From the NCBI RefSeq assembly GCF_000237865.1, contig NC_017459.1:1740001-1772000 (forward strand): DNA of 32,000 nucleotides, in the 5' to 3' direction. Numbering within the stretch: the stretch's first letter is position 1; each line of letters opens with the position of its first letter. The stretch comes from Haloquadratum walsbyi C23. GTDB taxonomy: Archaea; Halobacteriota; Halobacteria; Halobacteriales; Haloferacaceae. A program made the translations under genes and the position numbers. This document shows positions 17,030 to 26,639 of this stretch, one piece after another. The notes under the pieces were generated by a model, which was given only the letters and a program-made list of their open reading frames with translations, was not told the origin of the DNA and searched no databases.

Positions 17030-18163
17030 ATGGATAGACGTACATTCGTAAAAGCGACCGGCATAGCAGGAATCGCGGGTCTGGCGGGGTGTAGCGGCGG
17101 TCCATCCGGCGGAGCAGGCAACACGGAGACCGAAACAGAGTCCGATAACTCCGGCGACGGAATGGAAGTGACGACTGCGACCGAAACCACCGAGAGGAGT
17201 CCGGCAGCCAACATCGGGATGGTTTATGCGACCGGCGGTCTTGGCGATGGGTCGTTCAATGACCAAGCACAGAGTGGAGCAATCCAGGCTGAGGAGGACT
17301 TTGGGATCGTGTACAACGAGGCACAACCTGACGAGGTCTCACAGTTCAGCAACTTCCAGCAGCAGTTCGCACAGTCAACGGATCCTGATTATGACCTGGT
17401 CTGCTGTATCGGGTTCCTCCAAGCGAACTCTTTGGCTGAGACCGCAGGGTCGTTTCCCGATCAGGATTTCATGATTGCCGACTCCGTGGTCGAATCGCCC
17501 AACGTAGTAAGTTACACATTCAAAGAACACGAAGGATCGTACCTCGCAGGGCTGATGGCTAGTCTGCTCACGACCCAGGACTTCTCGGCGGGCACGGGGT
17601 CGACCGTAAGCGACTCCACCAGCGTCGGGTTCGTTGGAGGCGTCGAATCCGATCTCATAAAGCGATTCCAGGCTGGATTCGAGGCGGGCGTCGCCGCCGG
17701 AAGTGATAACATCGACGTCAGCACGAACTACACAGGGAGTTTCAACGATCCGGCAGCGGGTCGCGAGGCGGCGGCTGCGATGTACAATGGCGGTGCTGAT
17801 ATCATCTTTCATGCTTCCGGTAACACCGGAACTGGTGTGTTCCAGGCCGCACAGGAGGCGGGCCGGTTCGCAATCGGTGTCGACCGCGCCCAGTCGATTA
17901 CCCGGGATTCATACGCCGATATCATTCTCGGGAGTATGATAAAACGGGTGGATACACCGGTATATAACGCCATCGCCGCAAAAGTAAATGGCGAATTCAC
18001 CGGCGGCGAGTCTCTATCACTTGGGCTTGCCGAGGAAGGCATCGGGCTGATCTATGGCGACTCACTGGGATCGAAAATCCCTGCCGACGTGGCTGATGAG
18101 GTCTCGACCGCACGCGATAATATCATTAGCGGCGACATCTCGGTCCCGACGTCGCCGGAATGA
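17030..18163 (+). CDS. BMP-family (Med/PnrA-like, nucleoside-type) ABC transporter substrate-binding lipoprotein
   Basis: A Tat-type signal and lipobox (MDRRTFVKATGIAGIAGLAGCSG) are followed by an acidic Thr/Glu linker. The BMP-like core follows (GMVYATGGLGDGSFNDQAQSG...GFVGG...GADIIFHASGNTGTGVFQAA...AIGVD). Confidence 0.88.
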   Translation: MDRRTFVKATGIAGIAGLAGCSGGPSGGAGNTETETESDNSGDGMEVTTATETTERSPAANIGMVYATGGLGDGSFNDQAQSGAIQAEEDFGIVYNEAQPDEVSQFSNFQQQFAQSTDPDYDLVCCIGFLQANSLAETAGSFPDQDFMIADSVVESPNVVSYTFKEHEGSYLAGLMASLLTTQDFSAGTGSTVSDSTSVGFVGGVESDLIKRFQAGFEAGVAAGSDNIDVSTNYTGSFNDPAAGREAAAAMYNGGADIIFHASGNTGTGVFQAAQEAGRFAIGVDRAQSITRDSYADIILGSMIKRVDTPVYNAIAAKVNGEFTGGESLSLGLAEEGIGLIYGDSLGSKIPADVADEVSTARDNIISGDISVPTSPE

Positions 18164-18224
18164 CTGACTCGGAGTCACCATCTAAACCTGTTCGTTTATC
18201 CTCTCGACAGAGAGTAACACACAT

Positions 18225-19822
18225 ATGGAGACAGCCGTCCACCTCGATGGGATAACCAAACGGTTTCCTGGTGTCGTTGCGAACGATAACATTGAGTTCG
18301 AGGTCAAGCAGGGAACTGTTCACGCGCTGTTAGGGGAGAACGGCGCCGGGAAAACAACCCTGATGAATGTTCTCTATGGGCTGTATGAGCCCACCTCGGG
18401 ACGAGTCGAAGTTGCCGGCGAAGAGCGGGATTTCGACTCCCCGCGGGACGCCATTGATGCCGGCATCGGAATGATTCACCAGCACTTCATGCTTGTTGAC
18501 CCGATGACAGTGGTCGAAAACATCACGCTTGGCAACGAACCGCGGAAGTGGGGTGGGCTCGCGGTCGACCGGACCGCAGCCAGGAAGGCCGTGGTTGAGA
18601 TCGCCGGTCGCTATGGGTTCGATATCGACCCCAACGCTCGGATTGAGGACATCTCAGTCGGCGAACAACAGCGTGTCGAAATCCTGAAAGCGCTGTACCG
18701 CGGCGCCGACACGCTGATTCTTGATGAGCCAACGGCAGTGTTGACCCCTCAAGAGATCAAGGAGTTGTTCGGCGTACTTGAAGAGTTAACTGCTCAGGGA
18801 AAAACAATCATCTTCATCACGCATAAATTGGGCGAGGCCATGCGGGCTGCAGACGAGATTACTGTCCTGCGGGACGGTCAGAGGGTCGACACTGTCGACG
18901 CCGGCACCACTACCCGTAATGCCCTCGCGGAGTTAATGATCGGTCGGGAGGTGCTGCTTGATATCGACCGCCCGTCGACCGAAACGGGGGCGTGGTGGCG
19001 TCAGTTTCCGACCTGGTTGTCGATGGCGACCGCGGGGTTCGGGCGGTCGATACTGTCGATTTCGAGGTCTGTGCAGGTGAAATACTCGGGATTGCCGGTG
19101 TCGACGGCAACGGTCAGTCGGAACTCATCGAGGCGATCACAGGCTTGCGAGCCCCAGAGACCGGTACGATCCGGTTGCTCGATGAAAACGTGACAGACAA
19201 CTCCCGACGCCAGCGGATTGAGGCTGGGATGGCATATATCCCAGAAGACAGACAGGACCGGGGGGTGGTGATGGATTTCGACCTAGTAGGCAACGCACTG
19301 TTGGGCAGTCAACACTCATCACAGTTTCAATCGAGCGGTCGGATCGATTGGGACAAGACCAGAGAACATGCCAAGACCATCATTAATGAGTATGACGTGC
19401 GGACGCCCGGCGCCGACACTTCTGCGGCGTCATTGTCAGGCGGAAACCAGCAGAAGTTCATCGTCGGTCGGGAGTTCGAACGCGACCCCGAGTTCGTGGT
19501 TGCGTCGAACCCGACCCGGGGTGTCGATGTAGGATCAATCGAGTTCATTCACGAGCGGTTACTAGAACTCCGAGAAGCAGGGGCTGCAGTCCTCCTCGTC
19601 TCTTCGAAACTCAAGGAGGTTCAAGGACTCTCCGACCGGCTGGCGGTGATGTACGAGGGTGAGTTCATTGATCTGGTCGATCCCACGACGACGACAGAAT
19701 CCGAACTTGGGTTGCTGATGGCTGGGCAGCAACCGGACGACACCGGTGGTGACGAACGCGAGGGCGAATCGGACCTGACTGAGGACCCGACTGATGTCAC
19801 CACGGGCGGTGAGCGGGTGTGA
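18225..19822 (+). pseudogene. ABC transporter ATP-binding protein (two fused ATPase domains), disrupted by a frameshift at a G5 run
   Basis: ORF 18225-19193 carries domain 1 (GENGAGKTT Walker A, signature ISVGEQQRVEI, LILDEPTA Walker B) and goes out of frame after ...RPSTETG. ORF 18992-19822, in another frame, continues with VVASVSDLVVDGDRG...GVDGNGQSEL...LSGGNQQKF...VLLVSS. The junction is the G run at 18986-18990. Confidence 0.85.
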
Positions 19823-21048
19823 GCGTGATCGACCATGCCCGTCGAGTCCTTGAGCGGTTGGTTGCGGCGTCGGCGACCGAACGGATCCTAATCAGCTCGG
19901 CGGCGCTGCTGCTCTCGATCCTGCTCGGCGCCCTACTAGTGTTAATCGCCGGTCGAATGACGACGTGCACCGTGGGCGATGCGGTCTATTACTTTGGGAC
20001 TGGGTTCTGCTACAATCCAGTCTTAGTGTTCGACCGGTTGTTCCTCGGGGCGCTCGGCGATCCATTCAACGGCGCGTGGTCTCCGGAGGGACAGTTCTCG
20101 GTAACACTCCGTGAGACTACGCTTCTGATTTTCACTGGGCTGTCGGTCGCCTTGGCGTTTCAAGCGGGCATCTTTAATATCGGAACGCAGGGTCAGATGG
20201 TTGTTGGCGGGCTCGCGACCGCGGTTCTTGTGCTCCAAGCCTCGAGTGTGGTCTCGGGCGTCATCGGATCTGTTCTCTTGATTCCGTTCGGAGTCGTGGT
20301 TGGAGTAGTCTCTGGCGGGCTTTATGGGTCGATTCCGGGGATCCTGAAGGCTTATTCCGACGCAAACGAGGTGATCACGACAATCATGCTCAACTTCATC
20401 GCCACCGGGGTGACGCTGTATCTCGTTAGTGGCGTATTCAAAGATCCCGAAAGTCCAGCGAACCGGACTGTGCCATTGCCCGAGTACGCCCAGTTTCCCA
20501 CAGTCATATTCGGCGGTCGCCAGGACTTCTCGCTCGTCGCGCTGGCGTGTGGGCTGCTGGCAATCGGCGGACTCTACTATCTGCTCGAATACACGGCGTT
20601 TGGCTACGATATCCAGACCAGCGGGCTCCAACCCGGCGCCGCGGAGTACGGCGGTGTCGACGCCAAACGGACCATCGTCGCGAGTCTCACGCTCTCAGGG
20701 GCGCTTGGTGGTGTTGCTGGTTCGATGTACGTGATGATGGTATTGGGGACATTCCAGTCAGGGCTGCCCGCATACGGCTTCGACGGGATCACCGTCTCGA
20801 TCCTCGCAGGCAACAATCCCGCAGGGGTTGCGTTTACAGCACTTTTATTTGGTGTTCTTAAAAGCGGCACTACAGTTGTCCAGTTTGCGACTGATGTGCC
20901 GCCACAACTCGTCGGTGTTCTCCGCGGGCTGATTATTCTGTTCGTGGCGATGCCAGAGTTCTTCCGACTGGTGGGTCAGCGGGTTGTTGACCCCGGATCG
21001 AAGCCGGTCGCGACCGACGATGGGAACTTGGAGGCAACCGATGAGTGA
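19819..21048 (+). CDS. ABC transporter permease (BMP/sugar-type, first of two)
   Basis: 409 aa and multi-TM. Its GTG start overlaps the ATPase stop (GTGA at 19819-19822). Typical permease segments are present (NIGTQGQMVVGG, GFDGITVSILAGNNP). Confidence 0.85.
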   Translation: MSVIDHARRVLERLVAASATERILISSAALLLSILLGALLVLIAGRMTTCTVGDAVYYFGTGFCYNPVLVFDRLFLGALGDPFNGAWSPEGQFSVTLRETTLLIFTGLSVALAFQAGIFNIGTQGQMVVGGLATAVLVLQASSVVSGVIGSVLLIPFGVVVGVVSGGLYGSIPGILKAYSDANEVITTIMLNFIATGVTLYLVSGVFKDPESPANRTVPLPEYAQFPTVIFGGRQDFSLVALACGLLAIGGLYYLLEYTAFGYDIQTSGLQPGAAEYGGVDAKRTIVASLTLSGALGGVAGSMYVMMVLGTFQSGLPAYGFDGITVSILAGNNPAGVAFTALLFGVLKSGTTVVQFATDVPPQLVGVLRGLIILFVAMPEFFRLVGQRVVDPGSKPVATDDGNLEATDE

Positions 21049-22162
21049 CTCCTCGTCAGAGACCACTGGAGTGAACCCAGGCGTAGACCCAGAGCCGGAT
21101 AAGGAAGCGACTCGCGAGAAGGGACCGCTGGCGCCGCAGTCGTCCCGCGGACTGACCGCATGGGCAGCGATCGGGTTAATCGCGGCGTTGCTTCTCGGCG
21201 GAACAGCGTTTCCAGACACAATTTTGGGGATTCTCGCCGACATTATCACCGACAAGGACACGTTTGCTGCGGCACTCCGACTGTCGGTCCCAATCGCATT
21301 TGCCGCGCTCGGGGGGATATTCTCGGAGAGAGCGGGTGTTATAAACATCGGCCTGGAAGGGCTGCTTATCATTTCAGCGTTCACCGCAATCTACGTCACT
21401 GATATCACTGGCGAAATCTGGGTTGGGTTCAGCGGCGGCGTGGTCGCGAGTGTGCTGCTCGCACTGCTTTTCGCGGTTGTTACAATCGAGTTCCGCGCCG
21501 ACCAGATCATCGCAGGATTGGCGGTGTGGTTGATTGCGCTAGGACTCGCCCCCTTCGCATCGCAGGTCATCTACAATAGCCCCAACACCCCGACAGTGGG
21601 GACAACCAGATCTATCAGTGTGCCGGTGCTCGCGGAGATTCCCTTTTTTGGTGCGCTGTTCTCAGCATCGCCATCGGTGTATATGCTCCTCATTGCGGTG
21701 GTAGCTTCGTGGTACGTCTTTGAGCGGACCGCGTTCGGTCGATGGGTCCGGGCGAGCGGTGAGAACCCGAAGGCGCTTGACACTGCCGGGGTGAACGTCA
21801 ACCGAGTCCGATACGCGGGGGTGCTCATCTCGGGCGTCCTCGCGGGGATGGGCGGGTCGGCGCTGTCGCTCGACCTTGGACAGTTCACCGGTAATGGGGC
21901 GACGATGGTCAACGGAAAGGGATTTATTGCCATCGTGGCATACTTATTCGGGAACTACAATCCGATTGGGGCGTTCTTGGCAACGATGCTGTTCGCAGGA
22001 CTTGACGCGATTCAGACGGTGTTCCAACTCCAGGGGATTGGTCTGCCACAGCAACTCATCCGAGTCATCCCGTTTGTGATGGTGATTGTCATTCTCGCCT
22101 TTGTTGGTCGAACGCGACTTCCTGAATCCGCCGGCGAACACTATGAGTCCGGCGAAAAGTAG
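21041..22162 (+). CDS. ABC transporter permease (second of two)
   Basis: The ATG at 21041 overlaps the upstream stop (ATGA) and gives MSDSSSETTGV... followed by about 9 TM spans (ERAGVINIGLEGLLI, NGKGFIAIVAYLFGNYNP). The track start at 20984 would overlap the preceding gene by 65 nt. Confidence 0.85.
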   Translation: MSDSSSETTGVNPGVDPEPDKEATREKGPLAPQSSRGLTAWAAIGLIAALLLGGTAFPDTILGILADIITDKDTFAAALRLSVPIAFAALGGIFSERAGVINIGLEGLLIISAFTAIYVTDITGEIWVGFSGGVVASVLLALLFAVVTIEFRADQIIAGLAVWLIALGLAPFASQVIYNSPNTPTVGTTRSISVPVLAEIPFFGALFSASPSVYMLLIAVVASWYVFERTAFGRWVRASGENPKALDTAGVNVNRVRYAGVLISGVLAGMGGSALSLDLGQFTGNGATMVNGKGFIAIVAYLFGNYNPIGAFLATMLFAGLDAIQTVFQLQGIGLPQQLIRVIPFVMVIVILAFVGRTRLPESAGEHYESGEK

Positions 22163-22230
22163 GGTCTAAGCGAGAAAGCACAACTACAACAGCACGCCCG
22201 TTAATAGGGATGGGAGATGGAGAATTTTGA

Positions 22231-22626
22231 TTGCGTAGCAGAGACATGATGATGATCACTTCTTATAAGTCCGATGTCGTTGGCATCGGCGACAGCGCCA
22301 GGACAGCCAGGAGTTACGCCGCGGACGAGAGTCTCAATGGTGCGGTCGTTAGGCCGGAAACTATTGGGGAATCTGGTCACATCGCGTGTCATAACGGCGA
22401 AAAACCGCGGACATGTTTGTTCGAATCGGCTTCGAAACCGCAGATCGCGAGTGAGTTCGCCAGCATCAGTGCTGAGTATGATCACTTCGAAATTTTGCAG
22501 GAGGGCACTGTTCTTGATATCCCCTCTATGGAACTCGCGGTTATTAATCGCTTGGAGCTCGGACGACCCCTGATCAGGGGCGTGGAGTCGACGGACGCTG
22601 AATTCCACTACGACATGATGGTCTAA
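22231..22626 (+). CDS. hypothetical protein; the strand is not resolved
   Basis: Two nearly co-extensive ORFs cover this segment. The plus ORF (22231-22626) is acidic, with more D/E than K/R. The minus ORF (22201-22608) has faint amidohydrolase C-terminal-like strings (ILSTDAG; GAVADANDIGLI). I cannot decide from sequence alone. Confidence 0.2.
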   Translation: MRSRDMMMITSYKSDVVGIGDSARTARSYAADESLNGAVVRPETIGESGHIACHNGEKPRTCLFESASKPQIASEFASISAEYDHFEILQEGTVLDIPSMELAVINRLELGRPLIRGVESTDAEFHYDMMV

Positions 22627-23329
22627 GACGTGACACAGACGGACGACGGAACGGTTACCGGGATTCGTGGGAACTGACTGGGCTCGTCAAATATGTCGTC
22701 GATATCATCATTGACGGCGCAGGTGCGCTGTCGGTCCTGCAAGACAAGAACGGGGTTTCGGATACTCAGTGGGATACTAACGTCTTGTACTTGCAGTTTT
22801 GTTCGGTTTATGTGGGGTCACGGAGGTCGAAGAGTCTATGAAGTATGACGGCACCCTAATGTTCAAATTAATCGAACAGACGACGGCTATCCGTGATGAC
22901 GATTTCCGCGGACACATATTATCATAAACCTCAGAGTGGACTTCCAAATGAATGAAAACCGATATGATTGGTGAACTACCTCGGGGTTACATCAACGTCA
23001 ATATCAGTGTCAAAGCCCTGGGACATTCGCATTGATATCTGTAGATGATGCTGAAAACGTGTAGAAGCTTCGTATGTGGAGAGGAAGCCGCGAACTCGAC
23101 ATTGAATGAGCGCCAGTCCGCCAACAAAACACACTATGCGTTCGGACTTCTCTCCATTTTCACAACCTGTTCAGTTGTAAAGCTCGTTTGCTTGTGTTAG
23201 TAGTGATATTCAATTGACTATTTCAGACAAATTTGATCAACCCTCTTCGACATACCTGAGGTATGTGCAAGAGACAACGTCTCAATGGTGGGTAGCTCAA
23301 GGCTCAACAATATAAACAGCAATACGTCA

Positions 23330-23790
23330 TGAACTGTCCGTCCTGCTTGGTCTGAGGGTAGGGCTTCCTGCTTCCACGACGTTGTCAGACTGCGTCTGAC
23401 AGCCCACCAGACGGAGTCTGATGAACGCGCTTTGCAGAAACTATAGTGGTTCCCGGGAGCGCAGTCTCAACAGGTGTTGACGAGAGCGAAGCTCTCGGTC
23501 GCGCATCAGAATTGTTTTGCGATTCTGAGGACGTGGTTCTAGAGTGTCCCACTCGTGTTTGCTCGACGGGGTAATGCCGTGAGACGACGCATCCTGATGC
23601 GTTTGAACGCTGCACATATCCATCAGCTTCGTAAGGAGCGAGTCGTTCTAGACGGAACGATGAGCGAGTCAAGGCTGACAGGTCAAACGCATATTTTACA
23701 TCTAGGCTGGGTGTTCTGGGATATAACTGCTGTGGGTCTGTGGGCTGCAACAGAGTGGGCTACAACAGAACAGAGGACAAAAAACAGTGT
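23330..23790 (-). pseudogene. IS1341-type transposase / TnpB, degenerate C-terminal fragment
   Basis: Minus-strand ORF 23385-23750 ends ...NNSDARPRASLSSTPVETALPGTTIVSAKRV. The next conserved block, NVVEAGSPTLRPS, follows in a shifted frame at 23383-23345. TPVETALP...SAKRVVEAGSPTL is a characteristic TnpB tail. Upstream residues are only faintly TnpB-like. Confidence 0.55.
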
Positions 23791-23833
23791 ATGAATAGAT
23801 GATGACGGCGGCTTCACGCCTGCGATTAGCTAA

Positions 23834-24577
23834 TTATTCTTCAGATTCGTCAGTACCCTCATATTCCGCAAGAATAGGTTCAATATCACTGTCGCTACGC
23901 ACACGGTATCCATCCGCATCAACAATGCCGACACATACTTCAGAAGCATTCAATTCCGCGTCAGTCTGTAATAACGCTCGAACGGCGACATCAACACCGT
24001 CACCAACAGTGAGATTTTGACTCCATTCTTCTTCGAGGAATGTCTGTAGTTCATCACGACCATTCCCGATTGCTACTGCTTTCCATTCCTGTGGCGCACC
24101 GGATGGATCTGTCTCAAAGAGTCGTGGTTCTGGGTCAGACTTACTTCCATCAACACCCGCAATAAGAAGCGCCGCGCCAAATGGGCGTGTCCCACCAATC
24201 TGTGTGCTTTCTTGAATCTCATCGGAGAGTGCACGTGTTAGTGCTCGAACATCCATTGGCTCACCATAGCGAAGTCGATTTCGCTGTGCGGCTGTTTGTG
24301 CATCATCAATGAGTTTTCGCGCGTCTGCTACGTGACCCGCAGATGCGGCTCCAATATATTCATCAAGTTTATGTAACTTCTCGATGCTTTCGGCTTCCAT
24401 CAATGAAGAGCTTGTTCGTCGCTGAGCCGCAATAACAACCCCATTGGTCGTCCGAATGCCAAGGCTTGGTGCTCCCCGATTGACTGCCTCACGCGCGTAC
24501 TCAACTTGATATATTCGTCCATCGGGAGAAAACAGCGATGTACCCCGATCATACGCCTGCTTATCGTTACGGTTCAT
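23834..24577 (-). CDS. psmA: proteasome alpha subunit (alpha-2/PsmC-like paralogue)
   Basis: From the ATG at 24577 the protein reads MNRNDKQAYDRGTSLFSPDGRIYQVEYAREAVNRGAPSLGIRT..., the canonical 20S alpha N-terminus. It has an acidic C-terminal tail. The track ORF starts 15 codons further upstream. Confidence 0.9.
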   Translation of the reverse strand: MNRNDKQAYDRGTSLFSPDGRIYQVEYAREAVNRGAPSLGIRTTNGVVIAAQRRTSSSLMEAESIEKLHKLDEYIGAASAGHVADARKLIDDAQTAAQRNRLRYGEPMDVRALTRALSDEIQESTQIGGTRPFGAALLIAGVDGSKSDPEPRLFETDPSGAPQEWKAVAIGNGRDELQTFLEEEWSQNLTVGDGVDVAVRALLQTDAELNASEVCVGIVDADGYRVRSDSDIEPILAEYEGTDESEE

Positions 24578-24600
24578 GATACAATAATTATGACCCCGGA

Positions 24601-24609
24601 CAAATAAAG
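24601..24609 (-). promoter_or_regulatory. candidate TATA box for psmA (would give a leaderless or near-leaderless mRNA)
   Basis: The minus strand reads ctttatttg, 24-32 nt upstream of the ATG at 24577. Sequence-only guess. Confidence 0.3.
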
Positions 24610-24836
24610 CCACCACCGTCACCTGATGTTACCGGAATCGATAATGATCCATTTTATCAGTCGTTCATCTTGGATGTGTCAGTATGAATAGTATTAATAA
24701 AACAGAAATTTCAAACCCCGAGCTCAACTAGAAAGATACGTGCCCTCGGCATATCACCTTTGCTAATGATTATTTTTAATTAGTGAAAGAATCCGGGCGA
24801 GGATTTCACGCAGGATATTTCACTATCAGATATCAC

Positions 24837-25436
24837 TCACGGTGTTCGCTCATATGTCACAAAATCAAATGTCTCGTTTTTTTCACGTGTTGTCTCCTGC
24901 CACACGGTGTCATCCCACGACGGGAATTTTGTGTCTCCCTCATATTCATCATGTAGTTCAGTCAGACGAAGTCGATCTGCAAGGGGGAGAAACTGTTCGT
25001 ACACGCCGCCACCGCCTGCAACATAGACAGTTCCCACACCACGCTCGCGAGCATTTTTCGATGCCTCGCGAATCGCACTTGTGATTGAGTGCACCAGAAT
25101 CACGTCAGCCGGCACATCACGTGATTGAGATGAAAGGACAATGCTGGTACGCCCAGGGAATGGCTCACCAAGTGCGCCGATAATCGCCTCGTATGTCCGA
25201 CGACCAAGAATAACTGGATGACCCATAGTTCGGCGTTTGAATTGCTGAAGATCAGCTGGGATGTGCCATGGCATCTCTCCATCCCGACCAATGATGTCAT
25301 TTGCCGCAACAGCAGCGATGAGTACAATATCAATATCAATGTCAATATCAATGTCGACATCATGGTCAGTGGTCTGATTATGTGTTCGCTCTGATCCGTC
25401 TGTAGGTGATCGGTCATCCGAATTAATATTATTCAT
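24837..25436 (-). CDS. folA: dihydrofolate reductase with an unusual 37-aa N-terminal extension
   Basis: The DHFR core is IVLIAAVAANDIIGRDGEMPWHIPADLQQFKRRTMGHPVILGRRTYE...YVAGGGGVYEQFLP. Its ATG at 25436 shares one base with the thyA stop (TAATG on the minus strand). No other in-frame start precedes the core. Confidence 0.9.
   Translation of the reverse strand: MNNINSDDRSPTDGSERTHNQTTDHDVDIDIDIDIDIVLIAAVAANDIIGRDGEMPWHIPADLQQFKRRTMGHPVILGRRTYEAIIGALGEPFPGRTSIVLSSQSRDVPADVILVHSITSAIREASKNARERGVGTVYVAGGGGVYEQFLPLADRLRLTELHDEYEGDTKFPSWDDTVWQETTREKNETFDFVTYERTP
25326..25361 (-). repeat. in-frame hexanucleotide microsatellite (GAYATT)n encoding DVDIDIDIDIDI
   Basis: The plus strand reads aatatc aatatc aatgtc aatatc aatgtc gacatc, six consecutive 6-nt units inside the folA N-terminal extension. 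Confidence 0.9.
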
Positions 25437-26446
25437 TATTCAGCCACCGCGAACCGAATTGCTGGTGCAGGGTCATATCCACTGAGATGGATATTCTCAA
25501 CTCCAATATCATCTAATGAGACATCATCAATAGCAACCTGTGGTTTTGACCGTGGACTGCGTGCACACTGTTCAAGTAACCCAGGAATATGATCATACCC
25601 CGATTGATTCGCTGGCTCTGATGGTGCAGATTCAAGAAGCCACGACCGGACATCACGATACTCAGATGGGTTGTCAACAGCTTCGAGCCGGTTTCGAAGA
25701 GAATCGAGCGTCTCTCTTTCACCATACCATGCACCCCGGTCGCCCATTCCGCAATAAATGTGTGCATCAACAATAGAATGTGCGAACGTTCCTGGGGTGA
25801 GTTCAGTCTGTTGTGCAATGACCGTCGCAAGCAACGAGTATGCAGCAATATTGAATGGCACGCCAAGAGCAATATCGCCGGAGCGCTGGGTGAGATGCAC
25901 GTTTAATCGATTATTTTGAACATTGAACACAAAGGTATAATGACACGGTGGGAGTGTCGAAATAGCAGCATTCGCAGGATGCCATGCTGAGATAACAATC
26001 CGTCGAGACTGCGGGTTCTCCTGTAATTGCTCGATTGCATATGCAAGTTGATCGAAGGTTCCATCATCATTTCGCCAGCGATGATCATCAACTGGCCACG
26101 CTTCGCCGGGCAATTGTGAATCCGTTGATGGAACCGGATATCGCCGCCAGAACCGACCATACGCGGTTTCAAGCCGCCCATCGTCATCTGCCCACGCATC
26201 CCAGATACTCGTTTCCTCACGGAGTGATCGAATGTGTTCTTCACCAGAGAGATACCAAACAAACTCAGAGAGAAGTGAATGCCATCGAGACCCAGAAAGA
26301 TCTTTTGTTGTCAATAACGGGAATCCATCACGAAGATTAATCGTATAATGCTGGCTAAATGAGGAGATCGTATCGACACCGGTACGGTTCGGCTTGTGCT
26401 CGCCGGAGCGAAGAACAGCGGTAACAAGGTCGCGATATTGGTGCAT
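25436..26446 (-). CDS. thyA: thymidylate synthase (ThyA type)
   Basis: 336 aa with NRTGVDT, FPLLTTKD, SAWHPA...LPPCH (catalytic Cys), QRSGDIALGVPFNIA and DAHIY motifs. Confidence 0.92.
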   Translation of the reverse strand: MHQYRDLVTAVLRSGEHKPNRTGVDTISSFSQHYTINLRDGFPLLTTKDLSGSRWHSLLSEFVWYLSGEEHIRSLREETSIWDAWADDDGRLETAYGRFWRRYPVPSTDSQLPGEAWPVDDHRWRNDDGTFDQLAYAIEQLQENPQSRRIVISAWHPANAAISTLPPCHYTFVFNVQNNRLNVHLTQRSGDIALGVPFNIAAYSLLATVIAQQTELTPGTFAHSIVDAHIYCGMGDRGAWYGERETLDSLRNRLEAVDNPSEYRDVRSWLLESAPSEPANQSGYDHIPGLLEQCARSPRSKPQVAIDDVSLDDIGVENIHLSGYDPAPAIRFAVAE

Positions 26447-26639
26447 GAGCTATCTATAATTATGGCTTTCAGTTATCTGTGTTGATTGTTGCGGTGTATG
26501 AATCATCGATACTGATCACAACTGACGATATCAACCTAATCAAATATGACCATACGGTTATACAATAACAGTGAATACTGACTTTTTCATCTAATATCCA
26601 AACAGAAAAGCCGAAACCATCAGCGGTTGAAGACGCAAT

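Noticed and set aside
16779-22141. Many long antisense or alternate-frame ORFs in the ABC operon (for example 16779-17051, 17375-17812, 20023-20631, 20845-21384, 21571-21933)
   Set aside because: These are typical stop-poor shadow frames of high-GC coding DNA. Their translations are Arg/Pro/Ser-rich and low in complexity, whereas the sense frames carry clear ABC transporter motifs.
22630-23800. Possible structured RNA gene (RNase P RNA or SRP/7S RNA) in the 1.2 kb gene-less stretch; acagaaca at about 23770 and the palindrome gtcagactgcgtctgac at 23385-23401 caught my eye
   Set aside because: I found no GAGGAAAGTCC-type RNase P core and no SRP helix-8-like GGAA/AGCA motif arrangement on either strand. 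The right part is better explained as a degenerate TnpB C-terminus (TPVETALP...VVEAGSPTL). A covariance-model scan would be needed to exclude an RNA completely.
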